NCBI GenBank assembly: GCA_028534125.1
Contig: CM052817.1
Location: forward strand, 105,092,001 to 105,156,000
Length of the DNA: 64,000 nt
From: Lama glama
Lineage: Eukaryota
Reading direction: 5' to 3'
Part shown: piece after piece, positions 13,005 through 25,740 of the stretch
How positions within the stretch are numbered: the first letter of the stretch is position 1
How the letters are laid out: every line of letters begins with the position of its first letter
Made by a program: the position numbers and the translations under genes
Notes under the pieces: model-generated
What the model was told of the DNA's origin: nothing
The model's input: the letters and a program-made list of their open reading frames with translations, nothing else
Database searches by the model: none

Positions 13005-13330
13005 TTTTATTTTTATTTCTCCCCACTTTAGTAAGGTGTAATTGACAAAACTGTATGTATTTAAGTGTAAAATGTGATTTTTAGTTATACAATATGATGA
13101 TTTAATATGCAAATACATTGTCAAATGATTACCATAATAATGCTAATTAACACATCCATCACCTCACGTAGATCTTATTCATCTTACAACTGAAAGTTTG
13201 TCCTCTTTGACCAATGTGTCCCCATTACTCCTCCCCTCCAACTCCCAGAGGCCACCATTCTCCTTATTCTCTGATTTAATGAGTTCAACTTCTTCAGATT
13301 TCACATGTAAGTGAGATTATACAGTATTTA
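13005..13330 (-). mobile_element. L1MA-type 3' end with internal deletion
   Basis: ggtgtaattgacaaaa..., gctaattaacacatccatcacctcac, cttattcatcttacaactgaaagtttgtcctctttgacc, agatttcacatgtaagtgagattatacagtattt. Confidence 0.8.
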
Positions 13331-15486
13331 TGACATTATTTTGTACATTAATCAAAGTATTATGCACAATTGTATGTGTTAATTGACAATTGTTGATAGT
13401 TTACTTTCTACACCTTCTCTGGTCAAGTCATATAAGATACACCTAGAATTAACTTCAAAATTGCTTGTTCCTCTATGTGCAGGAACAGTTTGTTTATCAA
13501 TTTCAGAGTTTATCCCAAAAACTATCTCACAAAGACTTTATCACTTAAAAGTCAAACTAGAGTTCAACTTAGACAAATAATTCTCTAATAGCAAAAAACT
13601 AGACAAAATATTTTATATTTTAGTCAAATGCTTATCTTCCAAGATAATAAGGGGAAAATTGTGTGTTGTATTCCTTTCTATTATTACTTAGTTTGGGGAC
13701 ACAAATGAAAACATTTAGGAGAAAGAAAGTTGCTCATGTTATAGAAATAAAATAACTTTATTTCATGTATTTATTAAATTTTCTAATGTAAAACTGCAAT
13801 CTACCAAATTGCAATCAAGGCCAAATTAACCTATAACACTGTTCATTGATAGCATTAGATCATTTATTTGAGAAGAAAAACTGAGTATGAATGAGCCTGA
13901 TAAAATAATTATGTTTACTGATCACATGATATTATTGTGTATATAACTGATAAAATAAATTGTATGTTAAGGATACACACCCACATATATCACATATTTT
14001 CACAGATACACACACACACACACACATGCAGAATTGTAAGGTTATCATGTCCTTAACAATTGTTTTCTTTACCATACAAAAACAGTCTTTAACATCAATA
14101 TTTCAAAACCCACAAAATCACTGAATGAAGTACCAGGATCTGCCTTATAGAACAGTTATTTAAACACCAGCATTTTATGTATGTTGAAAGGTGTACAGAG
14201 ACATTAAGAAAGTTGGCCAAATGAGCAAATAAATTATAATTTAATAGCCACTAGTCATATTTATTAAAATTTGTGCAACATATGACATAAGTGGGAACCG
14301 AAAAACATCAGGGAAGGAATTGTTATGATTATTAAAAAGTATCCACTTGCTGCTTAATTTGGCATTCTTGTTTGTTTGTGGTTATGAATAGTAACTAATA
14401 TATTCCTCACAGGTTTAGTGTCTCTCAGGCTCTCCTGCGTCTGTGTAATTGTGTTTTTCTTTCTCTCATGTGTCCTTCAGTATATGGTGATGCCCTTTGC
14501 TGGCAGTGGCGCTGACCTTTGATTTGAATGTCATCAGAGTGAGCAAAACACATCACAGTCCCTCCCTCCTAGAAGTCGCATCTCACTGTCCCTCTGGACG
14601 TTTGCTGCTGACTCTGTGACACCTGGCGGTAATTGCCCTGCCCCTCACTGTCGGGGGTTCTTCCAATAATTGGTGTAGTTTGCACATCAGTGGTGTGTTC
14701 CTATTAGGCTCTGTCTGTTTCCAAAGTAAAAAAATAAAGGCTTTGGAGTGAGTACAGATTAGCTATGAATTGTGAACACATTTATTCACATGGTATGCAA
14801 TAGTTAGCAAGCAGTAATTTTTCTGATCAGCCGTTCTTTTTTGTTTTGTTTCGTTCCATCTGAAGTTACATCTCAGAGTATTTGCTGTGTAGCATCTTTG
14901 TGAGGAAGAGAGAAAAGGGCCAGTGCTCAGTGGGTTTCCGGGAATAGCAGATCTCTGTCTCCATCTCCTTACCTCCCATTCAATTGCTACTGATTCCTTT
15001 TCTTTTCTATCTTGTGTTTTCTGAGTGCAGCACAGTGCATAGTAATCACCAAAATGGAGCAGCAGGATGAAGGAAGGCTTGCTGGTGGCAGCACATGACG
15101 CAGTGGTGCTTAGCGATGACATTACAGGTGTGATGCTATACAGGTCTGACTAAAGCAGGGGTGGTGGAAGTGGACAGTTGAAGGGAAAACTCAAACAGAT
15201 TGCAGAGAGAGAACTAACAGGACTCATGCAAGAACTGAAGTTTAAAAAGGTGACTTACTAATAGGTTAGAGAATAGTAGATTAGATTATTAATGATATAA
15301 AATAGATGAATTAGACATAAATAAGATTCATTGTACCTATCTTTTTTTCATTGAGCCAATATTCTTGAGAGCAGACAAGTACAATGCCCTCTGTCCAGTG
15401 GATTCTTTTGTCCTCTATTATGTGGGAAATACAGCAATGAAAAATGCAGAGAAATTCTTGCCCTTATGGACCTTATATTCTACATT

Positions 15487-15780
15487 GGGGTCACCATTAT
15501 CTTTTGTAAAAGACCAGATAGCAAATATTTAGGCTTTGCTGTATATAAGGTCTTTATCTTACTAGCCCTAGATTGGCCAAAGGCAATATTTACTCACATC
15601 AGCCTATACACTTTCCAGTAAGACGCTTACATATGACCACTAATATATGAATTTTATATAATTGTTTTGAAAGGACTATGAAATACTATTTTTCTTTTAA
15701 TCCTGCCCTCAACCATTTAAAATTGGAAAGAACAGGTTTAGCTCATGCAAAAATAGCCAGTGGAATGGAGCAAGTTCTAC
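15487..15780. mobile_element. MER58-like hAT-Charlie MITE
   Basis: ggggtc...tgtaaaagaccagatagcaaatatttaggctttgc and atgaattttatataatt...caaccatttaaaa resemble MER58B; it lies between L2-like remnants. Confidence 0.6.
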
Positions 15781-15918
15781 ATCCCACATGAGAAGTCTGA
15801 TTTAGCTTATGATGAGGTTGAGTGCTGTGGGGCATCCTTGTGCAGATATCCAGAAGGTATTTGGGAGAGTAGAAGGTAGAAAGAGCAGGATCAGGTGTCA
15901 ACATAAAGAGTTAGGAAT

Positions 15919-16610
15919 CACCTTAAGAAAACTAAAAATAAACTTACCATATGATCCAGCAATCCCACTCCTGGGCACATATCCTGAGAAAACTCTAATT
16001 TGAAAAGACACATGCGCCCCACTGTTCACAGCAGCACTATTTACAATAGCCAAGACATGGAAACAGCCTAAATGTCCATCAAAAGATGACTGGATAAAGG
16101 AAACATGACATATATATATATATATAATGGAATATTACTCAGCCATAAAAAAGAATGAAATAATGCCATTTGCAGCAACTTGGATGGACACAGAGATGAT
16201 CATACTAAATGAAGTAAGTCAGAGAAAGACAAATATCATATGATTCACTTATATGTGAAATCTAAAAAAATACAAATGAACTTATTTACCAAACAGAATC
16301 AGACTCACAGTCATACAAAACAAACTTATGGTTACCAAAGGGGAAAAGAGCAGGGAGGGATAAATTAGGAGTTTGGGGTTAACAGATACACACTACTGTA
16401 TATAAAATAGATAAACAAAAAGGACCTACTGTATGGCACAGGGAACTGTATTTAATATCTTGTAATAACCTATAAAGGCAAAGAATCTAAAAAAGAATAT
16501 ATGTGTGTGTGTGTGTGTGTGTGTGTAACTGAATCATTATGCTGTACACCAGAAACTAACACAACATTGTAAATCAACTATACTTCAGTTGAAAAAAAAT
16601 AAAAACAAAC
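15919..16610 (+). mobile_element. 5'-truncated L1 (ORF2 end + 3' UTR + A-tail) containing (TA)n and (TG)n microsatellites
   Basis: LRKLKINLPYDPAIPLLGTYPEK; atgccatttgcagcaacttggatgga; acaacattgtaaatcaactatacttc + A-tail; degenerate TSD aaagagttaggaat (15905-15918) / agaaagttagaaat (16611-16624). Confidence 0.95.
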
Positions 16611-17291
16611 AGAAAGTTAGAAATTAAGCAGAGGATAATTCAAGTCAAGGAAAAGGAGATAAATGAAGACAAGGAAGAAGGACAGTTGAGCCCCAAGACT
16701 TAAATTTGCCTTAGGAACTTAGAAAACCAATTGATCTGCATTCAAATTAAATTCAGAACAGATTCCAGGAAAGGGAAGATCAGACTAATATTTTACAGAG
16801 AAGAAAAAAAAAGATTTTTGAAAATAAGACATATAATTTGAGATAAAGCAATTCACCCGGAGATCAATAATGTTTAAAACCATTTTAAATTCATATTATC
16901 TTTCGCCTACACTCTCTCCTAGTACCACATGAAAAGACATCAGAACATCAAAAGCAAGGGAAAAACAGCCTCACCGTGGGCTGCTAAACACTCTGATCTA
17001 TATTTTAGACTTTAGAAGAAAATTGAGAAAGTCTAGCATCTCATGCAATATTCTTGAAAAAGAATCAATTAACTCTTTACTGTGTGCTTTTGAGAGTAAA
17101 ATGTACATTTTAATCTTTCTTATTATTTCATCATGGATTCCTGAATGATTTTTAATGATTCTTTCACTTATTAAAACAAACTTAATCAAATTATTCATCA
17201 CTATATAAGATTCATACTCCATTTTCCCCCAGAGTAATAACATCCTTTCCCAATGTTCAAGTGGTTTTGTATCCATCTTAGACATTTCTTT

Positions 17292-17371
17292 ATTTTTTTT
17301 AATTGAAGTATAGTCAGTTACAATGTGTCAGTTTCTGGTGTACAGCATAAGCATACAGTTATAAGTTTCAG
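17292..17371 (-). mobile_element. Extremely truncated L1 3' tail (~80 bp) with perfect 14-bp TSD
   Basis: ttttaattgaagtatagtcagttacaatgtgtcagtttctggtgtacagcat flanked by TTAGACATTTCTTT at 17278-17291 and 17372-17385. Confidence 0.9.
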
Positions 17372-19149
17372 TTAGACATTTCTTTCTCCCTCTTTCTCCA
17401 TATACAAATTGTTTACAAATCTATAGACTCTATTCATCAGTGACCATCTAACACATGCCAAGAATGTGGCTTTTGTTAGATATTAAATACACGAGGCCTT
17501 TTGAGTTATCAGTAGTAACTGTAACCTTGAGTTTAACTGGCAGCCACCAAACAAAGTGATATAAAAAGTCTTACTTTGACCAATCTTTTCTTGGCTGAGC
17601 ACTGTCAGTGTTAGAAAGTAAAACCAAAATATTCTGTTTTAATCCCATCATTTCTAATTGCAATTGCTTTATCTGACATGCTTCAGGGAAATAGGAGGAA
17701 GAATGAATGGAAAGGGAAGTAGAAAAGAAATTTGAGTGAAACAAAGGTAAGTGATTAAATCCAACACACTTTTCATAGAACCCACTAGCAACTGTGAGTT
17801 ACTCTTTGGAAAGACAGTGGTAATTAGGAAAGAATCCCCCCCCCCATTTAAAAAGTTAGAGACTCCTAACTTTAAAACTGTACCTCTTACTTATTTTAAA
17901 TTTAACATAGTGGACTCTGTAGTCATTATGGTCACTGAAGCTATGGGTGTGACTTGAGGCTTAAAAACTTCGAGTCTTTCATGGCTACACCTTCCTGTAA
18001 AGGGCACACCATCTGTAAAAACTCTGATGCCATATTTCTAATCTTCCCTGGCCCTCGCACTATTGGGATACTGTATGTTCTGGAAAATTTAGTAGTTCTC
18101 TTGGAGACCTCAGTATAAATCTACACGGATGCCAACAGCCTTGGTTGAGAAGCATGACCGAGTCATGATCGTAGGTCTGCAGTCTGTGGACTTGAGCCAA
18201 GGGAGTCTGATTTACGCCTAATTAGAAAGAAGTTCTCACTTCAGTTGCCAATGAAAGCACAAATAAAAAGGGCACAAATATACTAATAGGTAGATAGATG
18301 CTATGAGAAAATAAAATTCCAAAAATTCCAAAAGATATGTTTAAGATATTATTTGGTGGACAATAAATTCTTTATGATAAAGTACACATTTTCTTTGTTA
18401 AATTCGAATTCACCATTATGTGTATAAATATGTTACCACCTAAATGTCTGTCTTATTTTGAAGCATAATAGAAACAAAGGCTTAGATAGCAATCTAAAGA
18501 CTTATCATGGTAAAGCTATTTTCAATAAATTTTGATTCATTAATTAGCAATATGGATAAAGGATTTATTTGTGAAATAGAACACTTATGTTTCTTTAAAA
18601 GGAAATAACCTATTAATATTTGAAGAAGAATTTACTATACATTTCCTTACAAAGATAACTAATATTTGTTATTGAAACTTATCCATAATGTTTTAAATTC
18701 CTTGAGAAATTAGGATTAGCAACATCAAGCTTTATTGTACTGAGCACACATCACAGTTTTTAAAATCTTGAAACAAAAGATAAACACAGGAAGATTCCTT
18801 TTGATCTATTACAGTACTAATCATTTAGGATGGAGACAAAATTACAACATAACATCCACACTAGCCTTGAGAAAGAAATTTTTCATTCTTATAATTGGCA
18901 CTGTGTTTTTTGTAGCTAGGTCACATAATTTTATACTAGCATTACTATTATGTTAAATTTAAACTTAATCTCTTAGGTCTGAAAAAAAAGCCCAAAACAT
19001 TAAGCCTTTTTCAGAAAAGATATTGGCCTTTGTTTAGCCTAGACTGCTTGCCTCACTGTGCCATATATGAATTAGGTTGTGTACTATGTATGCAGAGAAG
19101 AAATCTGAGTGATTGATAGAAATTTTCAAGGAAATAAGAACATGCCTAC

Positions 19150-19473
19150 TGTGATGGTTAATTTCATGTGAATGTCCACTTATTTGGTTAGACGTTCTTC
19201 TGGCTGTGTCACCGAGGCTGTTTTGGGACAAGATTAACACTTGAATCAGTTGACTGAGTAAAGCAGGTGGCCCTCCCCGCTTTGGAGGGGGTTGCTCATC
19301 CATTTCTTGGAGGCTCAAATAGAAGAAAGAGTGGAGCGAGGAGAACTTGCTCTCCTCTGCGTGACTGTCCTTGAACAGGGACATTGGTCTCTCGTCCTCT
19401 TGGACTTGGACCAGAAATTACAACATGAGTTTTTCTTTTTCTCAGGACTTACCACACCCTGGGCTCTCCTGGG
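19150..19473 (+). mobile_element. MLT2-type 5' LTR of ERV-L provirus (3'-truncated)
   Basis: Starts tgtgatggttaattt; contains agattaacacttgaatcagttgactgagtaaagcag, an MLT2 hallmark also present in the downstream LTR. Confidence 0.85.
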
Positions 19474-22366
19474 CATAAAGTATGACATTGATATTTTGCA
19501 TTGATGAAGTTAGGATCGTTGGACCCAGAGAGCAAGGAGTAGGAACACCTTAGACTTACTGTTCATATATTTGTGCATCAGAACCAGGGTTCTAAGGGTC
19601 CAGTGGTGTGGGACATGCTGAGATACCATTTCTACGGTGAAAGATGAGTTGTTGCATCTGGCCCCTCTCATAACCAAAAAAGAGGCGCAGTGTGTAGTGG
19701 GCCTCTGGATTTGAGAGATAACCGATTCCTCATTTATGTGTTACTCTGGCCCATTTACTAAGTGACCCAAAAAGCACTTGGTTTTGAGTGAGCCAAGAGC
19801 AAGAGTAGATGCTGCTGGAAGTCCCGGCTGCTGTGAACCAGCTTTAGCCCTGGTGCTGTATGATTTTGGAGAGCCAGCGGTGCTTGAAGGCACATGGGGG
19901 CACTATTTGGAGCCATTGGCAGCCACTTATAGGTAAATTGCAGTGCAGTCTCAGGATTTTGCCTTCCTTTACAGACAACCACTCTCCTCTGGAGAGAAAA
20001 ATAAATAAATAAACTTGGCTTGCTATTGGGGCTTAGGAGAGACTGAAGACTAAGCATGGATCAAGTTACCTTCAACCTGAGCTTCCCACCATGAACTGGG
20101 TGTTAACTGACCCACCAAGCCATAAAGTTGGGCGTGCAGGTCAGCACTCCATCATCCAGTGGAAGCAGTTTATACATGATTAGGACTGAGCAGGCCCTGA
20201 AGGCACAAGCAAGTGACATGAAGAAGTGGCCCAAATGGTCCCCCTCCTGCCACCCTGCCTTCTCTCCCTCAGCCTCTCCTGTGACCCCATGGGGAGCCCC
20301 TTATGATCAGGGGTCAGAGGAAGAGAAGACTGGGGTCTGGTTTACAGGTGGGTCTGAGGGACGCAGGCACGTCCTGAAAGCGGACAGCTGAAGCACCACT
20401 GCCCCTTCCTGGGACATCCCTGAAGGACGGTGGTGAAGGGCAGTTCTCCCAGTGGGAGGAACTTTGAGCAGAGCACCTGGTTATTTACTTTATGTAAAAG
20501 GAGAAATAGCCAGTTGTGTATTTTATACTGATTTATGTGCTGTGGTCAATGGTTTGGCTAAATGGTCAGGGCCTTGTAAGAAACATGATTGGGGAGTTGG
20601 TGACAGAACATTTGGAAAAGAGGACTCTGTGGATGACTCTCTCTGAGCAAAAATCATGAAGATATTTGTGTTCCATTTGAATGCCCCATCAAGGGTGACC
20701 TCAGTGGGGGATATTTTTAATAATTAAGTGGATAAGATGTCCTATTCCGTGGATACCAGCCCGCCTCTTTCTCCAGCCACCCCTGTCATCACCCAAAGGC
20801 TCATGGACAAAGTGGCCATGATGACAGGGATGGAGGTGATGGACAGGCTCAGCCATATGGACTTCCGCTCACTCAGGCTGACCCGGCTACAGGCACAGTT
20901 GAGTACCCACCCTGCCAGCTGCAGAGACCAACACCAAGCCCCCACGTGGCACCATCCCCTGGGGCAAGCAGCCAGCTACCTGTGACTGGTTGATCACACT
21001 GGGCTGCTTCCATCATAAAGGAGCAGCATTCTTTTACTGGAATAGACACCTACTCTGGATATGGATTCATGGTCCCTGCATGCAAAGCTTCTGCCAAAAC
21101 TATCATCTGTAGACACTGAATGTCTTCTCTGCCATCATGATATTCCACATGGCATTGCTTTTGACCAAGGAGCTCCCTTCACAGCAAAAGAAGTGTGGCA
21201 ATAGGTCCCTGTTCATGGAATCCAGGGATCTTTTCGTGTTCCTCACCATCCCAAAGCAGCTAGTTTGACAGAACGGTGGAATGATGTTTTGAAGACTTAG
21301 GTTCAATGCCAGCTAGGTGGCAATGCCTAGCAGGGCTGGAGCAAGGTTCTCCCGAAGGCTCTGTGTGATCTGAATCAGTGTCTAATATATGTTGCTGGTT
21401 CCTCCAGAGCTCTGATTCATGGGTTCAAAGTCAAGGCGTGGGATGGGAGTGGCACCACTCGCTGTTATCCCTAGTGACCCCCTAGAAAAATATTTGCTTC
21501 CTGTTCCCACGACCTTGTGCTCTGCTTGCCTAGAGGTCTTAGTTTCAAAGGGAGAAATATTTCCTCTAGGAAGCTCAACGATGATTCCATTGACCTAGGA
21601 GTTGACTGCTAGCCACCTCTTTGGGCTTCTCGTGACTCTGAATCAGCAGGCAGAGAAGACAGTTACTTGCTGGTTGGAGTGATTGATACTGACGGTCAAG
21701 GGGTATTGGACTGTCCTCCACAATGGAAGTAAGGAAGCTCGTATCTGGAATACAGGAGATCCCATAGGACTGGTCTTATTATTACCACATCCTGGGATTA
21801 AGGTTAAAGCAAAAACTACAGCCCAGTCTAGGCAGGGCTACTAATGCCCCAGTGTCTTCAGGAGTAAATATTTGGATCATTGCACCAGGTAAAGAGCCAT
21901 GATCAGCTGAAGTGCTTGCTAAAGGCAAAAGGGATACAGAACAAGCGGTGGATGGAGGTGTTATAAAAACCAGTTAAAGACACATGACTAGGTAACGGAA
22001 AGGAGGAGTGTATTTGTCATGAGCATTTCCTTCGTATTTTGTTATGAATGTGCAAATTCAGCAAACATTTTTTTTCTTCTCTTCATCCCCTTATTATGTA
22101 ACATAAGATGTATTGACTTTATAGCATGGTGTGTAACTATTGCTAATTTTACATGATAATATTCAAGTTCTGGGTATTGAGTAGAAGCGTAGACCTCACC
22201 CAAAGGCTGTACCTGCTCTTCAGGGTGAGGGGTTAACTGTGCCTTCAGTCGTTACAGAATTGTTGTATTATGTCAGGCAGACTTAGGACCTTGTTATTGT
22301 CTTTATTTGGAGATTCATTATGGTTTAAGGAGAAACGTAAGATGCCAAGTTGACGATGGATGGACT
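19474..22366 (+). mobile_element. ERV-L internal region: decayed pol (RT C-terminal half, RNase H, integrase) and dUTPase-like segment; gag/pro absent
   Basis: cattgatgaagttagg (YIDDIM-like RT motif); ORF EEEKTGVWFTGGS (WFTDGS RNase H); ggcattgcttttgaccaaggagctcccttcacagc (IASDQGTHFTA); cctcaccatcccaaagcagctagtttgacagaacggtggaat (PHHPEAAGLIERWN); dUTPase-like ~21540-21800; many stops and frameshifts. Confidence 0.9.
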
Positions 22367-22475
22367 TGAGATGATTAATTTTACATGTCATGTTGGTTGG
22401 GCCCTGGCACGTGCAAATATCTGATAAACATTATTCTGTGTGCACGTGTGATGGTGTTGTTTTGATGAGATTAAC

Positions 22476-22975
22476 NNNNNNNNNNNNNNNNNNNNNNNNN
22501 NNNNNNNNNNNNNNNNNNNNNNNNNNNNNNNNNNNNNNNNNNNNNNNNNNNNNNNNNNNNNNNNNNNNNNNNNNNNNNNNNNNNNNNNNNNNNNNNNNNN
22601 NNNNNNNNNNNNNNNNNNNNNNNNNNNNNNNNNNNNNNNNNNNNNNNNNNNNNNNNNNNNNNNNNNNNNNNNNNNNNNNNNNNNNNNNNNNNNNNNNNNN
22701 NNNNNNNNNNNNNNNNNNNNNNNNNNNNNNNNNNNNNNNNNNNNNNNNNNNNNNNNNNNNNNNNNNNNNNNNNNNNNNNNNNNNNNNNNNNNNNNNNNNN
22801 NNNNNNNNNNNNNNNNNNNNNNNNNNNNNNNNNNNNNNNNNNNNNNNNNNNNNNNNNNNNNNNNNNNNNNNNNNNNNNNNNNNNNNNNNNNNNNNNNNNN
22901 NNNNNNNNNNNNNNNNNNNNNNNNNNNNNNNNNNNNNNNNNNNNNNNNNNNNNNNNNNNNNNNNNNNNNNNNNNN
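22476..22975. other. Assembly gap (500 N)
   Basis: Run of N. Confidence 1.
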
Positions 22976-23310
22976 TGTGAATTGGGAGACTGGGTAAAGC
23001 AGATTGCCTTCCCCAGTGTGGCTGGGCCTCATTCCATTCACAGAAGGTCTGAATAGGAGGAAAGACAGGGTAAGAAAGCTCTTTTCAAGCTGAGACCTTG
23101 GGCTTCTCTCGTCTTCAGATTGTGACTTGCACTTGAAATCATACCATCAGTTCTCCAGGTTCTCAGGCCTTCAGACTCAGACTGGGGCTGCACCACACAC
23201 CCTCCTGAGTCTCCAGTTTACCAACTGCAGCTCTTGGGACTTGTCACCCTCTACAATCATGGGAGCCAAGTCCTTATGATAAATCTATTTGTATATACAG
23301 TAAATACATG

Positions 23311-23783
23311 CAGATCTTCCTCAACTTACTATGGGACTGTGTCCCTATAAACCCATCATAGGTTGAAAATTTTCTAAGTCGAACATACATTTAAGACACT
23401 TAACCTACCGAACATCACAGCTTAGCCTAGCCGACCTTAAGTGTGCTCAGAACACTTGCATTGCCCTACAGTTGGGTAATATCACCTGACACAAAGCCTA
23501 CATTATAATAAAGTGTTGAGTATCTCATGCCATTGAGTGGATCGTGTACTGGAAGTGGAAACAGAATGGTTGTCTGGGTCCAGAATGGTTTGGAAGTGTA
23601 TCCTCTGTTTACTCGCCTGATGGGCAGCAATGCCCACTGCCCAGGGTCACAGGAGAGCATCTTACAGCATATATAGTCCCCCCTGGCAAGGATCAAAAGT
23701 CAGTATGTGGCGTCTGGTCGCTACTGAACGTGTATCACTTTCACACCATCATAATTTCAAAATACCATGTCAGGGACCATCTG
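23311..23783. mobile_element. Tigger-derived MITE (MER47B/Tigger5-like)
   Basis: Degenerate TIRs cagatcttcctcaacttac ... gtcagggaccatctg; internal taaacccatcataggttgaaaat, cttagcctagccgaccttaagtgtgctcagaacact, cctacagttggg. Confidence 0.85.
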
Positions 23784-24934
23784 CGTATGTAAAGTCTACT
23801 GGTTCTGTTTTTCAGAGGAACATAGATTTGCACATCTATTTTGAGACTTCTTGAACATCCTTTATTATTTCATGAAAAATCTTAGTCTTTCCACAGGGAG
23901 TGTCTCAGAGATATTTTGAGTATTCCTATTAGATAGAGAAATAAACAAATAAGTAATTTAGACTTTGGCCAAAGAACCATGGGAATGTAAGTGAGGCTTG
24001 ATGGAAGGTAACTGTCACACTGTGGCAAAGAAATATGTTTATCTTGCTTATATGCCCCTAAATAGCAAAATAATATCTAAAGGAGGACTTACATCAGATT
24101 TTTAAGACATAGATGTCTATTTTAAATTATTTAATCTTTTAGAAACATAAAAGAAACTCTTTACATGCTAAGTACACTACAGTATTTGTTTTGAAAGCTA
24201 ATAAATTTGAATGTAAATTTAACTAGCTATTCGCATCATAGAAGAGTCAGAAATGTATCAATAATTTTACACTGGTTCTTACTTATTCCATTTAGTTTGA
24301 AGAAGACAGCTACAGTCACTTTGAACAAGTACTTAAGATAAAATGAGTTAAGTAAACCTGCATTAACACGCCAGCGCCATCCGTATTGTGTACTGTGTAT
24401 TGGATTTATCTTTGAAACATTTTAATCATTCTTTAGTAATCCTGGGATACTTTTAATTAGTGAAGCAATTGGTTTTTCTGAAAAGAAAGTTGCAGGCATT
24501 TCTGATAACATGTGTAACTGTGTTTTCATTTTCTGTTCATTATTTATTTTAGTAAGTGCTCTGCCCATGTCTCTGCAATTCGCTTTCTTTATGTCTCAGG
24601 GAAATACATCCAGGACTACCGTACCTTTGTACTTCGTACTTTACCACAGCACAATGTTAGTTAATTAAGTTAAGCAATACACACAAAAATTATCTCCATT
24701 TTCTGTTGTAATTTTCCCGTAACAGTTGAATAAATGACAAGTCTACATAGGCCCTATTTCAGCAAAACATCAGGACTTATGCAAATTATATATGATTACT
24801 AAGGCAAGTTTCATTAAGGCTGTTAGAAAAAAATTGGTGTGATGATTAAGATTATGTTTAAGAATGTACAATTATTTTTAATTCCATAATAAATTCTTAA
24901 AGTTATAATGAGTGAAGAGAGGGTAGGATACCAT

Positions 24935-25100
24935 TCTTATTAACAAAACAATTTTTTGAGCACTTATTGTGGGCTAGGCATACTTACATAATTTAGTTCT
25001 TTCAATCTTAGCAATTCTATAAATATATAATGTTATTTGACTGTTTTTACAGAGCACAAAATTTGGGGTTAGAGAGGAAAACTTGCTGAAGGAACTTCTT
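24935..25100 (-). mobile_element. MIR SINE (decayed)
   Basis: tttttgagcacttattgtgggctaggca...ttttacagagcacaaaatttggggttagagagg. Confidence 0.55.
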
Positions 25101-25399
25101 AGACTAATTCTAGAAATATGACCATAAAACCAGCAAAGTTTTGAGAACTACAAAGAATCTGATTGTAAGGTAGGTAGATATATTAAAGGAAATAAATGCA
25201 AGTATAACTGATATTTTATAAATTTTTTTTAATAATCTGCAGGATTGCGTGCTTCTCATAGTGGACAAACATTTAGCAATAATGGATATGGCTTAAAGGT
25301 TATGCATGTGAGCTTTGAAAGCAAAGCTAACCAAAGTTTTAAAATTATGGAATTTCTGTTACGACATTTGTAAATAGGGTTCAGTGAGTCCAATCAGTA

Positions 25400-25740
25400 T
25401 TGGAGGCCAGAGTCCCTTGTTCTGCATCTTAGGCAAATTCTCTGGTGAAAAAAACACCTAAGCTAATTGGGAAGATAATATCATACTGTGTGTTTTCATT
25501 GATTTTTAAGTTCAAAACCAGAAAAAAATCATCTCTGGGACAAAAGTCAAGATAATGATTTTCTTTGTGGGATATTGACTGGTAAGGGCATAAAGCACTT
25601 TCCATGTTGCTGATAACACTATTTCTTATTCTGCATGCTGGTTATTTGGCCACATGGATTTTGTGAGAATTCATCAAACTGCACATGAAAGCTTTGTATG
25701 ATCGATTGTCTTTATGCAGGATATACACCAATAAAAAAAG
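25400..25740 (+). mobile_element. Old L1M 3' UTR end
   Basis: aaaagtcaagataatgatt..., gatattgactggtaagggcat, gtgagaattcatcaaactgcaca, terminal caataaaaaaa. Confidence 0.6.

Larger units (their letters stand above)
22367..23834 (+). mobile_element. MLT2-type 3' LTR (spans gap and nested MITE)
   Basis: Begins tgagatgattaatttt after a PPT-like tract; gggtaaagcagattgcc; ggttctcaggccttcagactcagact; ends ctactggttctgtttttcagaggaac...caca. Confidence 0.85.

Noticed and set aside
14763..15122. 119-aa minus-strand ORF
   Set aside because: No recognisable domain; partly overlaps L2-like remnant; length within chance expectation.
19474..22366. Possible domesticated or intact ERV-L pol/dUTPase gene
   Set aside because: Numerous stops and frameshifts; no ORF reaches 100 aa in the sense frame; the RNase H catalytic motif reads FTGGS instead of FTDGS.
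22388..23041. 217-aa and 196-aa ORFs in the track
   Set aside because: Artefacts of translating through the 500-N gap.
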